NCBI GenBank assembly: GCA_035490535.1
Contig: DATHCP010000010.1
Span: 1,088-65,087, forward strand
Direction of reading: 5' to 3'
Source: Actinomycetota bacterium
GTDB lineage: Bacteria; Actinomycetota; UBA4738; HRBIN12
DNA: 64,000 bases
Shown: positions 49,226 through 60,455 of the stretch, in pieces
How positions within the stretch are numbered: position 1 is the stretch's first letter
How the letters are laid out: the number at the start of each line of letters is the position of its first letter
Notes under the pieces: generated by a model
What the model was told of the DNA's origin: nothing
Database searches by the model: none
Seen by the model: the letters and a program-made list of their open reading frames with translations, nothing else
Translations under genes and position numbers: made by a program

Positions 49226-50090
49226 GATCGCGCGCGATCGCGGCGAAGGCCTCCCCCGCTGGCGAGAGCGGGCCGGCGCGACGGACCAGACCCACGGTGC
49301 GTTCCGGCGACGGCGCGAGCCGCAGCACGACCGCGCCGGCAGCGGCGGCCTCGGCCGCGAGCGGCTCCGGCAGCAAGGCCGCGCCGGCGCCGGCGAGGAC
49401 GAGCGGGAGGATCGCCTCCCGCTGACCGGTCTCGACCGCGATCCGCAGGGACCGGCCGCTCGGCCTCACCGCGCGCTCGGCGATCCGGCGGGTGGAGCTG
49501 CCGGCCGGCGTGGTGATCAGGTCGACGTCGCCGAGGTCGGCCGGCGGCAGCGGGCGCCGTCGCCGCGGGGTCCCCGGCGGGAAGACCGCCACGATCCGCT
49601 GCACGAACAGCACCTCCTCGAACAGCTCCCCATGCCCCGACGGGAGCTCGAGCAGGCCGAGCTCGACGCGGCCGGTGACGATCGCGTCCACCGCATCGCG
49701 ATCGTCGTCGGGCTCGAGCACTTCCACCCGCACCGCGGGGTGGGCTCGACGGAACGCCCCGACGAGCCGTGGGAGCGGCTCGCTCGCGAGCGTCGGCAGC
49801 GAGACCAGATCGAGCCTCCCCGCCAGCAGACCCACGACGGCGCCGGCGGCCGTCCGGGCGGCGTCGACCTCGCGGAGGGCGCGCCGAGCCGGCTCGAGCA
49901 CGGCCTCCCCGGCCGCGGAGAGCACCACCCCGCGGCCCACGCGGTGGAACAGCCGCACACCCAGCTCCCGCTCGAGCGCGCCGATCCCCTGCGAGACCGA
50001 CGGCTGCGACACGTACAAGACCTCCGCGGCCGCCGTGAAGCTGCCGGTCTCGGCGACCGTGAGCACGTAGCGCAGCTGGCGAAGCTCCAT
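49215..50090 (-). CDS. LysR-family transcriptional regulator
   Basis: MELRQLRYVLTVAETGSFTAAAEVLYVSQPSVSQGIGALERELGVRLF. Confidence 0.85.
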   Translation of the reverse strand: MELRQLRYVLTVAETGSFTAAAEVLYVSQPSVSQGIGALERELGVRLFHRVGRGVVLSAAGEAVLEPARRALREVDAARTAAGAVVGLLAGRLDLVSLPTLASEPLPRLVGAFRRAHPAVRVEVLEPDDDRDAVDAIVTGRVELGLLELPSGHGELFEEVLFVQRIVAVFPPGTPRRRRPLPPADLGDVDLITTPAGSSTRRIAERAVRPSGRSLRIAVETGQREAILPLVLAGAGAALLPEPLAAEAAAAGAVVLRLAPSPERTVGLVRRAGPLSPAGEAFAAIARDLSA

Positions 50091-50114
50091 AGGGAGTTCC
50101 TATGGTATCTGCCA

Positions 50115-50124
50115 GATATCGATA
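50115..50124. promoter_or_regulatory. palindrome in LysR/TauE divergent intergenic region (candidate LysR box)
   Basis: ATATCGATAT perfect 10-bp palindrome within T-N11-A context, between lysR (50090) and tauE (50161) starts. Confidence 0.3.
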
Positions 50125-50160
50125 TTGGACATATGCACGGTTCCGCCGTGTCCTGGAGGT

Positions 50161-50907
50161 ATGGCGTGGATCGCGATCGTCGGGATCGGACTCGGGGTCG
50201 GGTTCCTCGCGGGGTTGTTCGGCAAGGGCGGGTCGGCGGTCGCGACGCCCTTGCTCGCGGCGGCCGGCGTCCCGCCGCTCGTGGCCCTCACCGCTCCCCT
50301 TCCGGCGGCGATCCCGACCTCCCTCGCCGGCGAGCTCGCCTACCGCGGGAGCGGCGGGCCGGACCGGCGCGTGCTCCTGTGGTCGGCGGCGTTCGGCGTC
50401 CCGGCCACGATCGCCGGCGCGCTGGCGTCGCGTCTGGTCGGCGGCACGATCCTGCTGCGCGCCACGGATCTGCTGATCTTCGCGCTCGGCCTGCGGCTGA
50501 CGCTCCGCCGCAGGACCGACGTCCCGGTGGTGCCGATGCCGCGACACCCCACCTCGCGGCTGGCGTTCGTGGCGACCGGCGTCGGGCTCGTCTCGGGGCT
50601 GCTGGCGAACAGCGGCGGCTTCCTGCTCGCACCGCTGTACGTGATCGCGCTTCGGATGCCGATCAAGCGTGCGTTCGCGACATCCCTCGCCGTGGCCGCG
50701 ATCCTCGCGGTTCCGGGCACGCTCGCGCACTGGGAGCTGGGCCACCTCGACTGGACGGTCGTGGCGGTCTTCGCGGCGGCATCGGTTCCCACCGCGTTCG
50801 TCGGGGCCCGGGTCGCGGTCCGCACGAGCGCCCCGCGGCTCGAACGGATCTACGGCGCGGCGCTGGTGCTGCTCGGGCCGGTGTTCCTGGCGCTCAGCTT
50901 CCGCTGA
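50161..50907 (+). CDS. TauE/SafE (DUF81) family sulfite/anion exporter
   Basis: 8-TM protein with duplicated G-rich motifs GLFGKGGSAV / LANSGGFLLAPL. Confidence 0.7.
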   Translation: MAWIAIVGIGLGVGFLAGLFGKGGSAVATPLLAAAGVPPLVALTAPLPAAIPTSLAGELAYRGSGGPDRRVLLWSAAFGVPATIAGALASRLVGGTILLRATDLLIFALGLRLTLRRRTDVPVVPMPRHPTSRLAFVATGVGLVSGLLANSGGFLLAPLYVIALRMPIKRAFATSLAVAAILAVPGTLAHWELGHLDWTVVAVFAAASVPTAFVGARVAVRTSAPRLERIYGAALVLLGPVFLALSFR

Positions 50908-51674
50908 GGCCGCCGCCCGTAGCGGACGTGCTCGAGCGTCAGCCCGTGCGGCGGCGCGATCGGCGGCGCGCCCGATCGGTCCCGGGCCCGAAGGATCCGC
51001 GCGACGTCGCCGGGATCGAGCTTCCCGTCCCCGACCGCCACGAGGGTTCCCACGAGCGCCCGCACCATCTGGTGCAGGAACGCGTCGGCCGCGAACCGAA
51101 GCTCGAGGAGGTCGCCCGAGCGCCGCACCGAGATCCTCCGGAGCTCCCGCACGGTGGAACGGCCCGGACCCGGGTGCCGGCAGAAGGATGTGAAGTCGTG
51201 CTCGCCGACGAGCGTGCGGGCCGCCGCGCGCATCGGCCCCAGCGCCGGCGCGCCGGGCCGGTGCCACGTGAACCGTGCGGTGAACGGGTCCGGCAGCGGC
51301 GCGACGCCGATCGCGTACCGGTACGCGCGCTCGATCGCCCACCGCCGCGCGTCGAACCCGTCGGGGGCCACCGTCGCGCGGCGGATCACGACCTCGGGCG
51401 CGAGCGCGCCGTTCAGCGCCGCGGCGATCCGCTCCGGCGCCAGCCCGGAGCCGGTGACGAACGACGTCACCTGGCCGGCCGCGTGGACGCCGGCGTCGGT
51501 GCGGCCGGCGACCACGAGCCGGACCTCCTGGCGGAGGATCCGCTCCAGGGCGCCGGTCAGCTCACCCTGGACCGTGCGGATCGCGGGATCGCGCTGCGCG
51601 GCCCAGCCGCGGAAACCGGTGCCGTCGTAGGCGAGGTCGAGCCGGATCGTGCGCGGGGTGGAGCCGGAGCTCAC
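50850..51674 (-). CDS. truA: tRNA pseudouridine(38-40) synthase
   Basis: [18 protein letters not shown]...GRTDAGVHA catalytic Asp loop; GTG start in GTGA overlap with rplQ stop; 3' end overlaps tauE convergently. Confidence 0.85.
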   Translation of the reverse strand: MSSGSTPRTIRLDLAYDGTGFRGWAAQRDPAIRTVQGELTGALERILRQEVRLVVAGRTDAGVHAAGQVTSFVTGSGLAPERIAAALNGALAPEVVIRRATVAPDGFDARRWAIERAYRYAIGVAPLPDPFTARFTWHRPGAPALGPMRAAARTLVGEHDFTSFCRHPGPGRSTVRELRRISVRRSGDLLELRFAADAFLHQMVRALVGTLVAVGDGKLDPGDVARILRARDRSGAPPIAPPHGLTLEHVRYGRRPQRKLSARNTGPSSTSAAP

Positions 51675-52033
51675 CCTTCCCGTTCGACGAGCTCGATCCG
51701 CGCCATCGGCGCGCCGTCGCCCTTGCGGGCCCCGGGCTTCAGGATCCGCGTGTAGCCGCCCTCACGCTCGGCGAAGCGGGGCGCGATGTCGTGGAACAGC
51801 CGCGCCACGACGTCCCGGTCGGGGATGTCCTTCAGGACGTCGCGGCGGGCCGTCAGGTCGCCCTTCTTCGCCTTCGTGATCAGCCGCTCAGCGTAGGGAC
51901 GCAGCGCCTTGGCCTTCGCCTCGGTCGTCGTGATCCCTTCGTGGACGAACAGTTGCTTCGCGAGCGTGCTCAGCAGCAAGCGCTGGTGATCCGGGCCGGA
52001 GCCCAGGCGCGGGCCCTTCTTCGGCGTCGGCAC
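51671..52033 (-). CDS. rplQ: 50S ribosomal protein L17
   Basis: [49 protein letters not shown]. Confidence 0.93.
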   Translation of the reverse strand: MPTPKKGPRLGSGPDHQRLLLSTLAKQLFVHEGITTTEAKAKALRPYAERLITKAKKGDLTARRDVLKDIPDRDVVARLFHDIAPRFAEREGGYTRILKPGARKGDGAPMARIELVEREG

Positions 52034-52040
52034 CGGCTCC

Positions 52041-52970
52041 TCACTCCTCCCGCAGGCCCAGGCCGAGCTCTTCGAGCTTCTGCTTGACCTCGTCGATCGA
52101 TTTCTGGCCGAAGTTGCGGATGTCCATCAGCTCGGACTCGGACTTCTGCACCAGGTCGCCGACCGTGTTGATGCCCTCGCGCTTCAGGCAGTTGTAGGAG
52201 CGGACCGACAGGTTCAGTTCCTCGATCGTGATCTGGTAGTCGCTCGGGAGCTCCTCGTCCTCGGCGGGACCCACCGAGACGCTGGGCGCCTCCGCCAGGT
52301 CCGAGAACAGCTGCACGAGCTCGAGCAGCGTGCCGCCGGCCGAGGCGAGCGCCTCGCGCGGGGTCACCGCGCCGGCCGTCTCGACGTCCAGGATCAGCTT
52401 GTCCCGGTCGGTCATCTGCTCCACGCGCGTGTTCTCCACGGCGTAGCTGACCTTGCGGACCGGCGAGAACAGCGAGTCCACCGGGATCACGCCGATCGGA
52501 TCGCGCGGCTTCTTGTTCTTGTCGGCCATCCGGTAGCCGACGCCGCGCTCGACCGTCATCTCCATCTCCAGCGAGCCGCCCTTGCCGATCGTGGCGATGT
52601 GCAGCTCGGGGTTCAGGATCTCGATGCCGGCGGGCGGCGCGATGTCGCCGGCGGTGACCTCCGCAGGGCCCTTGGCCTTCAGGTAGATCGTGGTGGGCTC
52701 GTCCAGCTCGGAGCGGACCACCAGCTCCTTCAGGTTCAGGATGATGTCGGTGACGTCCTCGGTCACCTTCGGAACGGTGGCGAACTCGTGCAGCACGCCG
52801 TCGATCCGGACCGACGAGATCGCCGCGCCCGGGATGGACGACAGCAGCGTGCGGCGCAGCGAGTTGCCGACCGTGTAGCCGAACCCCGGCTCGAGCGGCT
52901 CGATCGTGAACTTCGAGCGGGTCGGCGAGATCACGTCCTCAGCGATCTGAGGCCTCGCGACGATGAACAT
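52041..52970 (-). CDS. rpoA: DNA-directed RNA polymerase subunit alpha
   Basis: [48 protein letters not shown]. Confidence 0.93.
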   Translation of the reverse strand: MFIVARPQIAEDVISPTRSKFTIEPLEPGFGYTVGNSLRRTLLSSIPGAAISSVRIDGVLHEFATVPKVTEDVTDIILNLKELVVRSELDEPTTIYLKAKGPAEVTAGDIAPPAGIEILNPELHIATIGKGGSLEMEMTVERGVGYRMADKNKKPRDPIGVIPVDSLFSPVRKVSYAVENTRVEQMTDRDKLILDVETAGAVTPREALASAGGTLLELVQLFSDLAEAPSVSVGPAEDEELPSDYQITIEELNLSVRSYNCLKREGINTVGDLVQKSESELMDIRNFGQKSIDEVKQKLEELGLGLREE

Positions 52971-53061
52971 CGATACATCCCTCCTCGACGGGGGATCATC
53001 CACTCCATCCCCGTCTGCTCGTAGCTCCCGGCCGCGCGGATGCGACCGGGGTGCCGCCCGG

Positions 53062-53454
53062 TCAGACCCGGCGGCGCTTGCGCGGCCGGCAGCCGTTGTG
53101 CGGCACCGGCGTCACGTCCTGGATCCCCGCGATCTCCAGGCCCGCCGCGGCGAGCGAGCGGATCGCGGTCTCGCGGCCCGATCCCGGGCCCTTCACGAAC
53201 ACGTCGACCTTCAGCAGGCCGTGCTCCTGCGCGGCGCGCGCGGCCTTCTCGGCCGCCAACTGCGCCGCGAACGGCGTGGACTTGCGCGAGCCCTTGAAGC
53301 CGACGTTGCCCGCGCTGGCCCAGCTGAGCGTGTTGCCCTGCAGGTCGGTGATCGTGACGATCGTGTTGTTGAAGGTCGACTTGATGTGCGCCTGTCCGTG
53401 CAGGACGTGCTTCTTCTCGCGACGCTTCGTCTTCTTCGCCTTGGGTTTGGCCAT
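53062..53454 (-). CDS. rpsK: 30S ribosomal protein S11
   Basis: [19 protein letters not shown]...[13 protein letters not shown]. Confidence 0.93.
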   Translation of the reverse strand: MAKPKAKKTKRREKKHVLHGQAHIKSTFNNTIVTITDLQGNTLSWASAGNVGFKGSRKSTPFAAQLAAEKAARAAQEHGLLKVDVFVKGPGSGRETAIRSLAAAGLEIAGIQDVTPVPHNGCRPRKRRRV

Positions 53455-53467
53455 CTGCGCCCGCTCC

Positions 53468-53851
53468 CTACTTCTTCGCCTTCACGCGCTTCTTGCCGGC
53501 GATCGTCTTCTTCGGGCCCTTGCGGGTCCGGGCGTTCGTGTGCGTGCGCTGGCCGCGCACCGGGAGCGACCGGCGGTGCCGGATCCCCTGGTAGCAGCCG
53601 ATCTCGATCTTGCGCTTGATGTCCTGCGCCACCTCGCGGCGCAGATCGCCCTCGACCTTGAAGTTGCGGTCGATGTACTCACGGATCCGCAGGACCTCGT
53701 CCTCGGAGAGGTCGCGGACCTTGGTACCGCCCTCGATCCCGGTCCCGCCGACGATCGCGAACGCGCGGGTCGGACCGATCCCGTAGATGTAGCGCAGCGC
53801 GATGTCCAGCCGCTTGTCGCGGGGGAGGTCGACGCCGGCGATGCGAGCCAT
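53468..53851 (-). CDS. rpsM: 30S ribosomal protein S13
   Basis: [26 protein letters not shown]. Confidence 0.93.
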   Translation of the reverse strand: MARIAGVDLPRDKRLDIALRYIYGIGPTRAFAIVGGTGIEGGTKVRDLSEDEVLRIREYIDRNFKVEGDLRREVAQDIKRKIEIGCYQGIRHRRSLPVRGQRTHTNARTRKGPKKTIAGKKRVKAKK

Positions 53852-53868
53852 GGTGTGGGTGCGCCTCC

Positions 53869-53982
53869 TTAACCCTGCCGCTGCTTGTGGCGGGGGTTCG
53901 AGCAGATCACGAGGATCTTGCCACGGCGCCGGATCACCCGGCAGCGGTCGCAGATCCTCTTGACCGACGGACGGACCTTCAC
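53869..53982 (-). CDS. rpmJ: 50S ribosomal protein L36 (Zn-binding form)
   Basis: GTG start; [37 protein letters not shown]. Confidence 0.85.
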   Translation of the reverse strand: MKVRPSVKRICDRCRVIRRRGKILVICSNPRHKQRQG

Positions 53983-53998
53983 GTTGGGATCCTCATCT

Positions 53999-54217
53999 CT
54001 ACTTGTAGCGGTAGACCACACGGCCCCGGGTGAGGTCGTACGGCGACAGCTCCACGCGCACCCGGTCCCCCGGCAGGATCCGGATGTAGTGCATCCGCAT
54101 CTTGCCCGAGATGTGAGCCAGGACCTTGTGCCCGTTCTCCAACTCGACCCGGAACATGGCGTTGGGCAGCGGCTCGACCACCGTTCCCTCGACCTCGATG
54201 ACGTCGTCCTTGGCCAC
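53999..54217 (-). CDS. infA: translation initiation factor IF-1
   Basis: [51 protein letters not shown]. Confidence 0.95.
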   Translation of the reverse strand: MAKDDVIEVEGTVVEPLPNAMFRVELENGHKVLAHISGKMRMHYIRILPGDRVRVELSPYDLTRGRVVYRYK

Positions 54218-54358
54218 GCTCCGGCTGTTCCTCTTCGGTTGTGGAACCCGGCCGGACGCGTGGAAAGACCACCTGCGGACCGGGTGAGAAGGGAGTATAC
54301 GGGCAGGTCAGCGCGGATGTCCACGAACGGGCGGCCTTCGGCCGCCCCCTCCGGGCGC

Positions 54359-55123
54359 TCAGCGGCCCGTCCGGGCCGTCAGGACCTCGTGTCCCTCGCG
54401 CGTGACGGCCACCGTGTGCTCGAAGTGGGCCGACAGGGAGCCGTCGGCGGTCACCACGGTCCAGCCGTCCCCCAGGACCCGGGTGCCGTCCTCGCCGAGG
54501 TTCAGCATCGGCTCCACGGCGATCACCAGGCCCGGCCGGAGCTCGGGCCCACGCCCGGGCGGCCCCCAGTTCTGGATGAACGGGTCCTCGTGCATCGCGC
54601 GACCGATCCCGTGGCCCCCGTACTCCCGGACCACGCCGAGACCCTCCCGCAGGGCCACCGTCTCGATCGCGTTGCCGATGTCGGAGAGCCTGCCGCCGGG
54701 CTCGACCATCGCGATCGCGGCGTCCAGGGCCGCCTCGGTGGTCTTGACCAGACGTTCCGCGTCGCCGTTCGGGGCGATCCCGCCGACGAACACCGTCACG
54801 GCCGAGTCCGAGTGGAAGCCCTCCCAGATCGCCCCGAAGTCCAGGGAGACCACGTCGGCCTCCTCCAGGATCCGGCTCTTGGACGGGATCCCGTGGACGA
54901 TCTCGGAGTTGATCGAGGCGCAGATCGAGGCCGGGAAGCCGCGGTAGCCCTTGAACGAGGGCACCGCGCCCTGCTCGCGGATGCTGGCCTCGGCGATCCG
55001 GTCGAGCTCCAGGGTGCTGATGCCGGGCTCCACCTTCCCGAGGACGCGGTCGATCGTGTCGGCCAGGATCCGGCCGGACCGACGCATCTTCTCCAGTTCC
55101 TGCGGGGACTTGCGGATGATCAC
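54359..55123 (-). CDS. map: type I methionyl aminopeptidase
   Basis: GTG start in GTGA overlap with adk stop; ...[13 protein letters not shown]...EHTVAVT. Confidence 0.88.
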   Translation of the reverse strand: MIIRKSPQELEKMRRSGRILADTIDRVLGKVEPGISTLELDRIAEASIREQGAVPSFKGYRGFPASICASINSEIVHGIPSKSRILEEADVVSLDFGAIWEGFHSDSAVTVFVGGIAPNGDAERLVKTTEAALDAAIAMVEPGGRLSDIGNAIETVALREGLGVVREYGGHGIGRAMHEDPFIQNWGPPGRGPELRPGLVIAVEPMLNLGEDGTRVLGDGWTVVTADGSLSAHFEHTVAVTREGHEVLTARTGR

Positions 55124-55785
55124 GCGCGCTCCCCGTCGATCACGTCGGCGAGCTCCTCGAGCATCCGCTCGGTCACGACCGTCGGTGTCGCCTCGGCGTC
55201 CACGGTGCGCAGCAGTCCCCGCCGCTCGTAGTAGCTCTCCAGCGGCGCGGTCTGCTCGCGGTAGACCGCCAGGCGTCGCTTCACGGTCAGCTCGTCCTCG
55301 TCGTTGCGCTTCTCCAGCGGCGTTCCGTCGACGTCGCAGAGCGTGTCGTTCGCGGGGGGCTTCCACTCGGCATGGTACGTCCGCTTGCACGTCGGGCAGG
55401 TGAATCGGCCGGTGATGCGGCGGATCGCGAGCGGATCGGAGATCGTGAAGCGCATCACCGCGCGCAGCGGCGTGCCGGCCGACTCGAGCGCCTCCTCCAG
55501 CGCGTCGGCCTGCGCCACGGTGCGCGGGAACCCGTCGAGGATGAAGCCCTTCGCGGCGTCGGGCTCCTGCAGGCGCTCCTGCACCATCCGGATGATCACG
55601 CCGTCGGGCACGTACTCGCCGCGGTCCATGTAGGTCCGCGCCTCGATCCCGAGGTGCGTGCCCTCCTGCACCTGCTCGCGCAGCGTGTCCCCCGTGGAGA
55701 TCTGCGGGATCTCTAGGCGCTCGGAGAGGATCCGCGCCTGGGTGCCCTTGCCCGCGCCGGGGAGCCCGATGAACACGAACCGCAT
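55120..55785 (-). CDS. adk: adenylate kinase (Zn-finger lid form)
   Basis: MRFVFIGLPGAGKGTQ; lid CPTCKRTYH...C..D. Confidence 0.93.
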   Translation of the reverse strand: MRFVFIGLPGAGKGTQARILSERLEIPQISTGDTLREQVQEGTHLGIEARTYMDRGEYVPDGVIIRMVQERLQEPDAAKGFILDGFPRTVAQADALEEALESAGTPLRAVMRFTISDPLAIRRITGRFTCPTCKRTYHAEWKPPANDTLCDVDGTPLEKRNDEDELTVKRRLAVYREQTAPLESYYERRGLLRTVDAEATPTVVTERMLEELADVIDGERA

Positions 55786-55807
55786 CCGGACGGCCTTTCG
55801 TCGTGGG

Positions 55808-57079
55808 CTAGCGCAGGAAGCCTTCGTAGTGGCGCATCATCAGCTGCGACTCGATCTGTTTCATCGTCTCGAGCGCGACGCCCACCGCGATCAGGATCGA
55901 CGTGCCGCCGAACGGGAACTGCTGGAAGTTCCACGTGGCCAGCACGATCGTGGGGATCAGCGCGATCGCGGCAAGGAACAGCGAGCCGGGCAGCGTGATC
56001 CGCACCAGGATGTCGTTCAGGTAGTCGGCCGTCGGAGGTCCGGGACGGATCCCGGGCACGAACCCGCCCTGTTTCCGCAGGTTGTCAGCCGTGCGCACGG
56101 GATCGAACTGGATCGCCGTGTAGAAGTAGCTGAAGAACACGATCAGGGACGCCAGGATCAGCATGTACAGGATGCTGCGCTGGTTCTGGACGTACCGGTT
56201 CACGAAGTCCTGGAACCAGGTGGCGTGGTAGACGCTGGCGATCAGCACCGGGAAGTACAGGACCGACGTCGCGAAGATGATCGGGATCACGCCGGCCTGG
56301 TTCACCTTCAGCGGCAGGTAGGTGCTGCCCCCCATCATCTGCTTGCGGCCGACGACCCGCTTCGCGTACTGGACCGGCACCTTGCGCTGGCCCTGGTCCA
56401 TGAAGACGACCGCCACGATGATCCCGATGCCGAGCAGCAGGATGAAGGTGAACTTGCCGGCGCCGCCGGCCCGCAGGATCGCGCTGCCCTCGAACGGCAG
56501 CCGGCTGATCACGCTGGTGAAGATGATGATCGACATGCCGTTGCCCACGCCGCGCTGCGTGATCAGCTCGCCCAGCCACATGATCAGCGCGGTGCCGGCC
56601 GTCATCGTCAGCACGATCAGCAGCACGTTCTGCCAGTTGAACGTGCTGACCGGGAACAGGTCGGGGAGCCCCTGCTGCTGGGAGTGGAACAGGAACACCA
56701 GGCCGGTGGACTGCAGCAGCGCCAGCACGACCGTCAGGTAACGGGTCCACTGGTTGGTCTTCTTGACCCCCTGCTCGCCCTCGTCCTGCCACTGCTGGAG
56801 CTTGGGGATCACGACGGTCAGCAGCTGCATGATGATCGAGCTGGTGATGTACGGCATGATCCCCAGCGCGAACACGGAGAACTTCGTGAGGCCGCCGCCC
56901 GAGAAGAGGTTGATGAAGTCGAGGAACCCGGACGTGCTGGCGTTCTGGAGCTGGCGCGTGTCCACCACCGGCACCGGCACGTGGTTCCCGAACCGGTACA
57001 CGACGATGATGAACAGCGTGAACAGGATCTTGTTCCGGAGGTCCGGGATCCTGAACGAGTTGAGGAACGCCTTCAGCAC
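55808..57079 (-). CDS. secY: preprotein translocase subunit SecY
   Basis: 10-TM protein; LFSGGGLTKFSVFALGIMPYITSSIIMQLL. Confidence 0.95.
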   Translation of the reverse strand: MLKAFLNSFRIPDLRNKILFTLFIIVVYRFGNHVPVPVVDTRQLQNASTSGFLDFINLFSGGGLTKFSVFALGIMPYITSSIIMQLLTVVIPKLQQWQDEGEQGVKKTNQWTRYLTVVLALLQSTGLVFLFHSQQQGLPDLFPVSTFNWQNVLLIVLTMTAGTALIMWLGELITQRGVGNGMSIIIFTSVISRLPFEGSAILRAGGAGKFTFILLLGIGIIVAVVFMDQGQRKVPVQYAKRVVGRKQMMGGSTYLPLKVNQAGVIPIIFATSVLYFPVLIASVYHATWFQDFVNRYVQNQRSILYMLILASLIVFFSYFYTAIQFDPVRTADNLRKQGGFVPGIRPGPPTADYLNDILVRITLPGSLFLAAIALIPTIVLATWNFQQFPFGGTSILIAVGVALETMKQIESQLMMRHYEGFLR

Positions 57080-57101
57080 GGCGGCTTAAGGGTACCCCGG
57101 A

Positions 57102-57536
57102 TCAGCCGATCGCCTCGGCGCTGCCGCCGGCGGCCTCGATCTTCGCCTTCGCGGCTGCGGAGAAGGCGTGCGCCTTCACCACCAGCGGCTTCGTGAGCTC
57201 GCCTCGGGCCAGGATCTTCACCGGACGGCCCTTGTGCGCCAGGCCGTGTGCGACGAGCGCGGCCGGCGTGACCTCGCCGTCGAAGTACTTCTCGAGGGTC
57301 TCGACGTTCACCGGCGTGTACTCGACGCGGGTCGGGTTCGAGAAGCCCTTCAGCTTCGGCGCCCGACGCGTGTAAGGCATCTGGCCGCCCTCGAACCAGG
57401 CCGGAACGTTCTTGCGCGCGCCGGTGCCCTTCGTGCCCCGTCCCGCGGTCTTGCCGCGCGCGCCGGCGCGGCCGCGCCCCACGCGCGTGCGCTCGGTCTT
57501 CGCGCCCTCGGCCGGGTGGAGGTGATGGACCTTCAT
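57102..57536 (-). CDS. rplO: 50S ribosomal protein L15
   Basis: [37 protein letters not shown]. Confidence 0.92.
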   Translation of the reverse strand: MKVHHLHPAEGAKTERTRVGRGRAGARGKTAGRGTKGTGARKNVPAWFEGGQMPYTRRAPKLKGFSNPTRVEYTPVNVETLEKYFDGEVTPAALVAHGLAHKGRPVKILARGELTKPLVVKAHAFSAAAKAKIEAAGGSAEAIG

Positions 57537-57537
57537 C

Positions 57538-57717
57538 TCAGACCTCCTCCACCTTCACCAGGTGGCGGACCTTGTTGAGCATCCCGCGGATGTCCGGGCG
57601 GTCCTCCTTCACGACGGTGTCGTGCATGTGGCGCAGCCCGAGCCGCCGCACCGTGTCCTTCTGGTCCTTCGGGCGGTCGATCACGCTGCGCACCTGGGTG
57701 ACCTTGAGCTGGCTCAT
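57538..57717 (-). CDS. rpmD: 50S ribosomal protein L30
   Basis: [28 protein letters not shown]; ATGA overlap with rpsE. Confidence 0.85.
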   Translation of the reverse strand: MSQLKVTQVRSVIDRPKDQKDTVRRLGLRHMHDTVVKEDRPDIRGMLNKVRHLVKVEEV

Positions 57718-58361
57718 CGCCCGCTCCTGGGCGCCGCGGGCCGGGGCGACGCGGGCGCGCCCTCGGCGTCCACCCCGTACTGCTCCTGCAGGGCGGCCGC
57801 GCGCGCCGCGTTCGTGCGCTCCTCGGCCGCCGCGACCGCTTCGAGCATCGGCTTGGGTGCCACGTCGTGCACGTCGCGGCCGCGGATCTTGGCCACGTCG
57901 GCCGGCGTGCGCAACGCCTGCAGCCCGGCGACGGCGGCCTTCACGATGTTGATCTGGTTCGAGGAGCCCATCGACTTCGACAGGATGTCCTTGATGCCGG
58001 CGCACTCGACCAACGCGCGGACCGCGCCGCCGGCGATCACGCCGGTGCCGGGGGCGGCCGGCTTCAGCAGGACGACGCCCGCGCCGGCCTCGCCGACGAT
58101 CTCGTGCGGGATCGTGGTGCCCATCATCGGAACCTCGAACATCCGGCGGCGGGCCTGCTCGACGGCCTTCTGGATCGCGGAGGGGACCTCCTTGGCCTTG
58201 CCGTAGCCGACGCCGACCCGGCCGGCGCCGTCGCCCACGACGACGAGCGCGGCGAACGAGAACCGGCGGCCGCCCTGATGGACCTTGGCCACACGGTTGA
58301 TCGAGATCACCCGCTCCTCGAACGGGCTCTTCTCCTCGTTGCGGGCGTCGTAGCGTCGCAT
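57714..58361 (-). CDS. rpsE: 30S ribosomal protein S5
   Basis: [28 protein letters not shown]. Confidence 0.92.
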   Translation of the reverse strand: MRRYDARNEEKSPFEERVISINRVAKVHQGGRRFSFAALVVVGDGAGRVGVGYGKAKEVPSAIQKAVEQARRRMFEVPMMGTTIPHEIVGEAGAGVVLLKPAAPGTGVIAGGAVRALVECAGIKDILSKSMGSSNQINIVKAAVAGLQALRTPADVAKIRGRDVHDVAPKPMLEAVAAAEERTNAARAAALQEQYGVDAEGAPASPRPAAPRSGR

Positions 58362-58708
58362 CAGATCTTGAGTCCTCCCTCACGTGCTCCCTCGGCCACG
58401 GCGGCGACCCGTCCGTGGTAGCGGCGGCCGCCGCGGTCGAACACCGCGGTCGTGACGCCGGCCTCGGCGGCGCGCGTCGCGATCAGCTTCCCGACCGCCT
58501 CCGCGCGCTCGATCGGCGAGGCGCCGCCGACCTCCGCGTCGGAGGCGGCGGCCACGGTCGATGCCGCGACGTCGTCGATCAGCTGCGCGTAGATGTGCCG
58601 GTTCGATCGGAACACCGCCAGGCGCGGGCGCTCGGGAGCGCCGCGGACCTTCTTGCGGACGCGATGGTGCCGGCGCAGCCGCGCGGCGCGCTTCGCCGAG
58701 GCCTCCAT
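58361..58708 (-). CDS. rplR: 50S ribosomal protein L18
   Basis: [46 protein letters not shown]; start assigned to internal ATG of the long ORF. Confidence 0.85.
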   Translation of the reverse strand: MEASAKRAARLRRHHRVRKKVRGAPERPRLAVFRSNRHIYAQLIDDVAASTVAAASDAEVGGASPIERAEAVGKLIATRAAEAGVTTAVFDRGGRRYHGRVAAVAEGAREGGLKI

Positions 58709-59256
58709 CACGCGGCTCCCTTCGCGGCCTTGCCCGCCTTCTTGCGGACGTACTCGTTCTCGTAGCGGATCCCCTTGCCCTTGTAAGGCTCGGGCTTGCG
58801 GATCTTCCGGATCTTCGCGGCGACCTCGCCCACCTGCGCCTTGTCGTTGCCGCGCACCACGATCGAGGTGGCCGTCGGGCACTCGAACTCGATGCCCTCG
58901 GGCTGGGGAACCACGACGGGGTGCGAGTAGCCGACCTGGACCTCCAGGTCCGAGCCCTTCATCGCGGCGCGGTAGCCCACGCCGACGATCGCCAGGCGCT
59001 TCTCGTAGCCCTTCGTGACGCCCTCGACCATGTTGGCGAGCAGGGACCGGGTCAGGCCGTGCAGGGCGCGGTTGACGCCCTCGTCGTCGGGCCGCTCCAC
59101 CCGCGCCGAGCCGTCCTCGACCACGATCCGCATGTTGGTGTGCAGCGGCTGGGTGAGCGAGCCGCGCGGGCCCGTCACCGTGACCACGTTCCCCTCGGCG
59201 ACCGTCACGTCGACGCCTCCGGGGATCTCGATGGGCTGCTTGCCGATCCGACTCAT
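58708..59256 (-). CDS. rplF: 50S ribosomal protein L6
   Basis: [32 protein letters not shown]. Confidence 0.92.
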   Translation of the reverse strand: MSRIGKQPIEIPGGVDVTVAEGNVVTVTGPRGSLTQPLHTNMRIVVEDGSARVERPDDEGVNRALHGLTRSLLANMVEGVTKGYEKRLAIVGVGYRAAMKGSDLEVQVGYSHPVVVPQPEGIEFECPTATSIVVRGNDKAQVGEVAAKIRKIRKPEPYKGKGIRYENEYVRKKAGKAAKGAA

Positions 59257-59263
59257 CCGTCCC

Positions 59264-59683
59264 TCACCACACGTACGCGAGGATCTCCCCGCCGATGCCC
59301 TTGCGTGCCGCCTCGCGGTCGGCCATCACGCCCTGCGACGTGCTGACGATCGCGACCCCGAGGCCGCCCATCACCCGCGGCAGCTCGTCGCGGCCGCGGT
59401 ACACCCGCCGGCCCGGCTTCGAGATCCGCCGCAGACCGGTGATCGCCTTCGCCTTGCGGGCCCCGTACTTCAGCCGGATCGTGAAGGTCCGGTGGACGCC
59501 CTCGCCGCCGGGCTCGTAGCCCTCGATGAAGCCCTCGCCGGCCAGGATGTCCAGCACGGCGGCCGACAGCTTCGAGGCCGGCGCCCACAGCTCGTCCTTG
59601 CCGGCGATGTTCGCGTTGCGGATCCGCGTGAGCAGGTCCGACACCGGGTCGGAGACGTTCGAGGAGAACTTCGTGCTCACCAT
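59264..59683 (-). CDS. rpsH: 30S ribosomal protein S8
   Basis: [20 protein letters not shown]; start either ATG 59683 or GTG 59680 (GTGA overlap with S14 stop). Confidence 0.88.
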   Translation of the reverse strand: MVSTKFSSNVSDPVSDLLTRIRNANIAGKDELWAPASKLSAAVLDILAGEGFIEGYEPGGEGVHRTFTIRLKYGARKAKAITGLRRISKPGRRVYRGRDELPRVMGGLGVAIVSTSQGVMADREAARKGIGGEILAYVW

Positions 59684-59862
59684 GACGCCTTCGTCACCCC
59701 CGGCAGCTCACCGAGGTGCGCCAGCTCGCGGAAGCAGATCCGGCACAGCATGAACCGCTTGTACACGGCGCGCGGCCGCCCGCACCGCTGGCAGCGCGTG
59801 TACGCACGCACCCGGTACTTCGGCTGCTTCTGCTGTTTGTTCAGGAGTGCCTTCTTCGCCAT
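59677..59862 (-). CDS. rpsZ: 30S ribosomal protein S14, Zn-ribbon (type Z) form
   Basis: 61 aa; [23 protein letters not shown]. Confidence 0.9.
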   Translation of the reverse strand: MAKKALLNKQQKQPKYRVRAYTRCQRCGRPRAVYKRFMLCRICFRELAHLGELPGVTKASW

Positions 59863-59873
59863 CCGTCCGTCCC

Positions 59874-60455
59874 TCAGCCCGCCGCCACGGTCTCGGGCTC
59901 GCCCGCGAACGGGAAGCCGAGCGCCGCGAGGAGCGCGCGTCCTTCGTCGTCGGTGCGGGCGGTCGTCACGATCGTGATGTCCATCCCCCGCACCTGCACC
60001 ACCTGGTCGTAGTCGACCTCGGGGAAGATCAGCTGTTCGGTCACCCCGAGGGTGTAGTTCCCGTGCCCGTCGAACGCCCGGGGATCCAGGCCGCGGAAGT
60101 CCCGGATCCGCGGCAGTGCCAGCGACACGAGCCGGTCCAGGAACTCCCAGGCCCGGTCGCCGCGCAGCGTCACCTTCGCGCCGATGGGCATACCCTCGCG
60201 GAGCTTGAAGCCGGCGATCGACTTCCGGGCCTTCGTGACCACCGGCTTCTGGCCCGTGATCACGGTCAGGTCCGCGAGCGCGGCATCCAGCATACGACCG
60301 TCGCGGATCGCGTCGCCGACGCCCATGTTCACGACGATCTTGTCCAGCCGGGGCACCTGCATCACGTTGTCCATGCCGAGCTGGTCCTTCAGCTGTCCCA
60401 CGAGCTCGTCGCGGTAGCGGACCTTCATCCGGGGCGCGTAGGCGGCGTCGCTCAT
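59874..60455 (-). CDS. rplE: 50S ribosomal protein L5
   Basis: [48 protein letters not shown]. Confidence 0.92.
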   Translation of the reverse strand: MSDAAYAPRMKVRYRDELVGQLKDQLGMDNVMQVPRLDKIVVNMGVGDAIRDGRMLDAALADLTVITGQKPVVTKARKSIAGFKLREGMPIGAKVTLRGDRAWEFLDRLVSLALPRIRDFRGLDPRAFDGHGNYTLGVTEQLIFPEVDYDQVVQVRGMDITIVTTARTDDEGRALLAALGFPFAGEPETVAAG

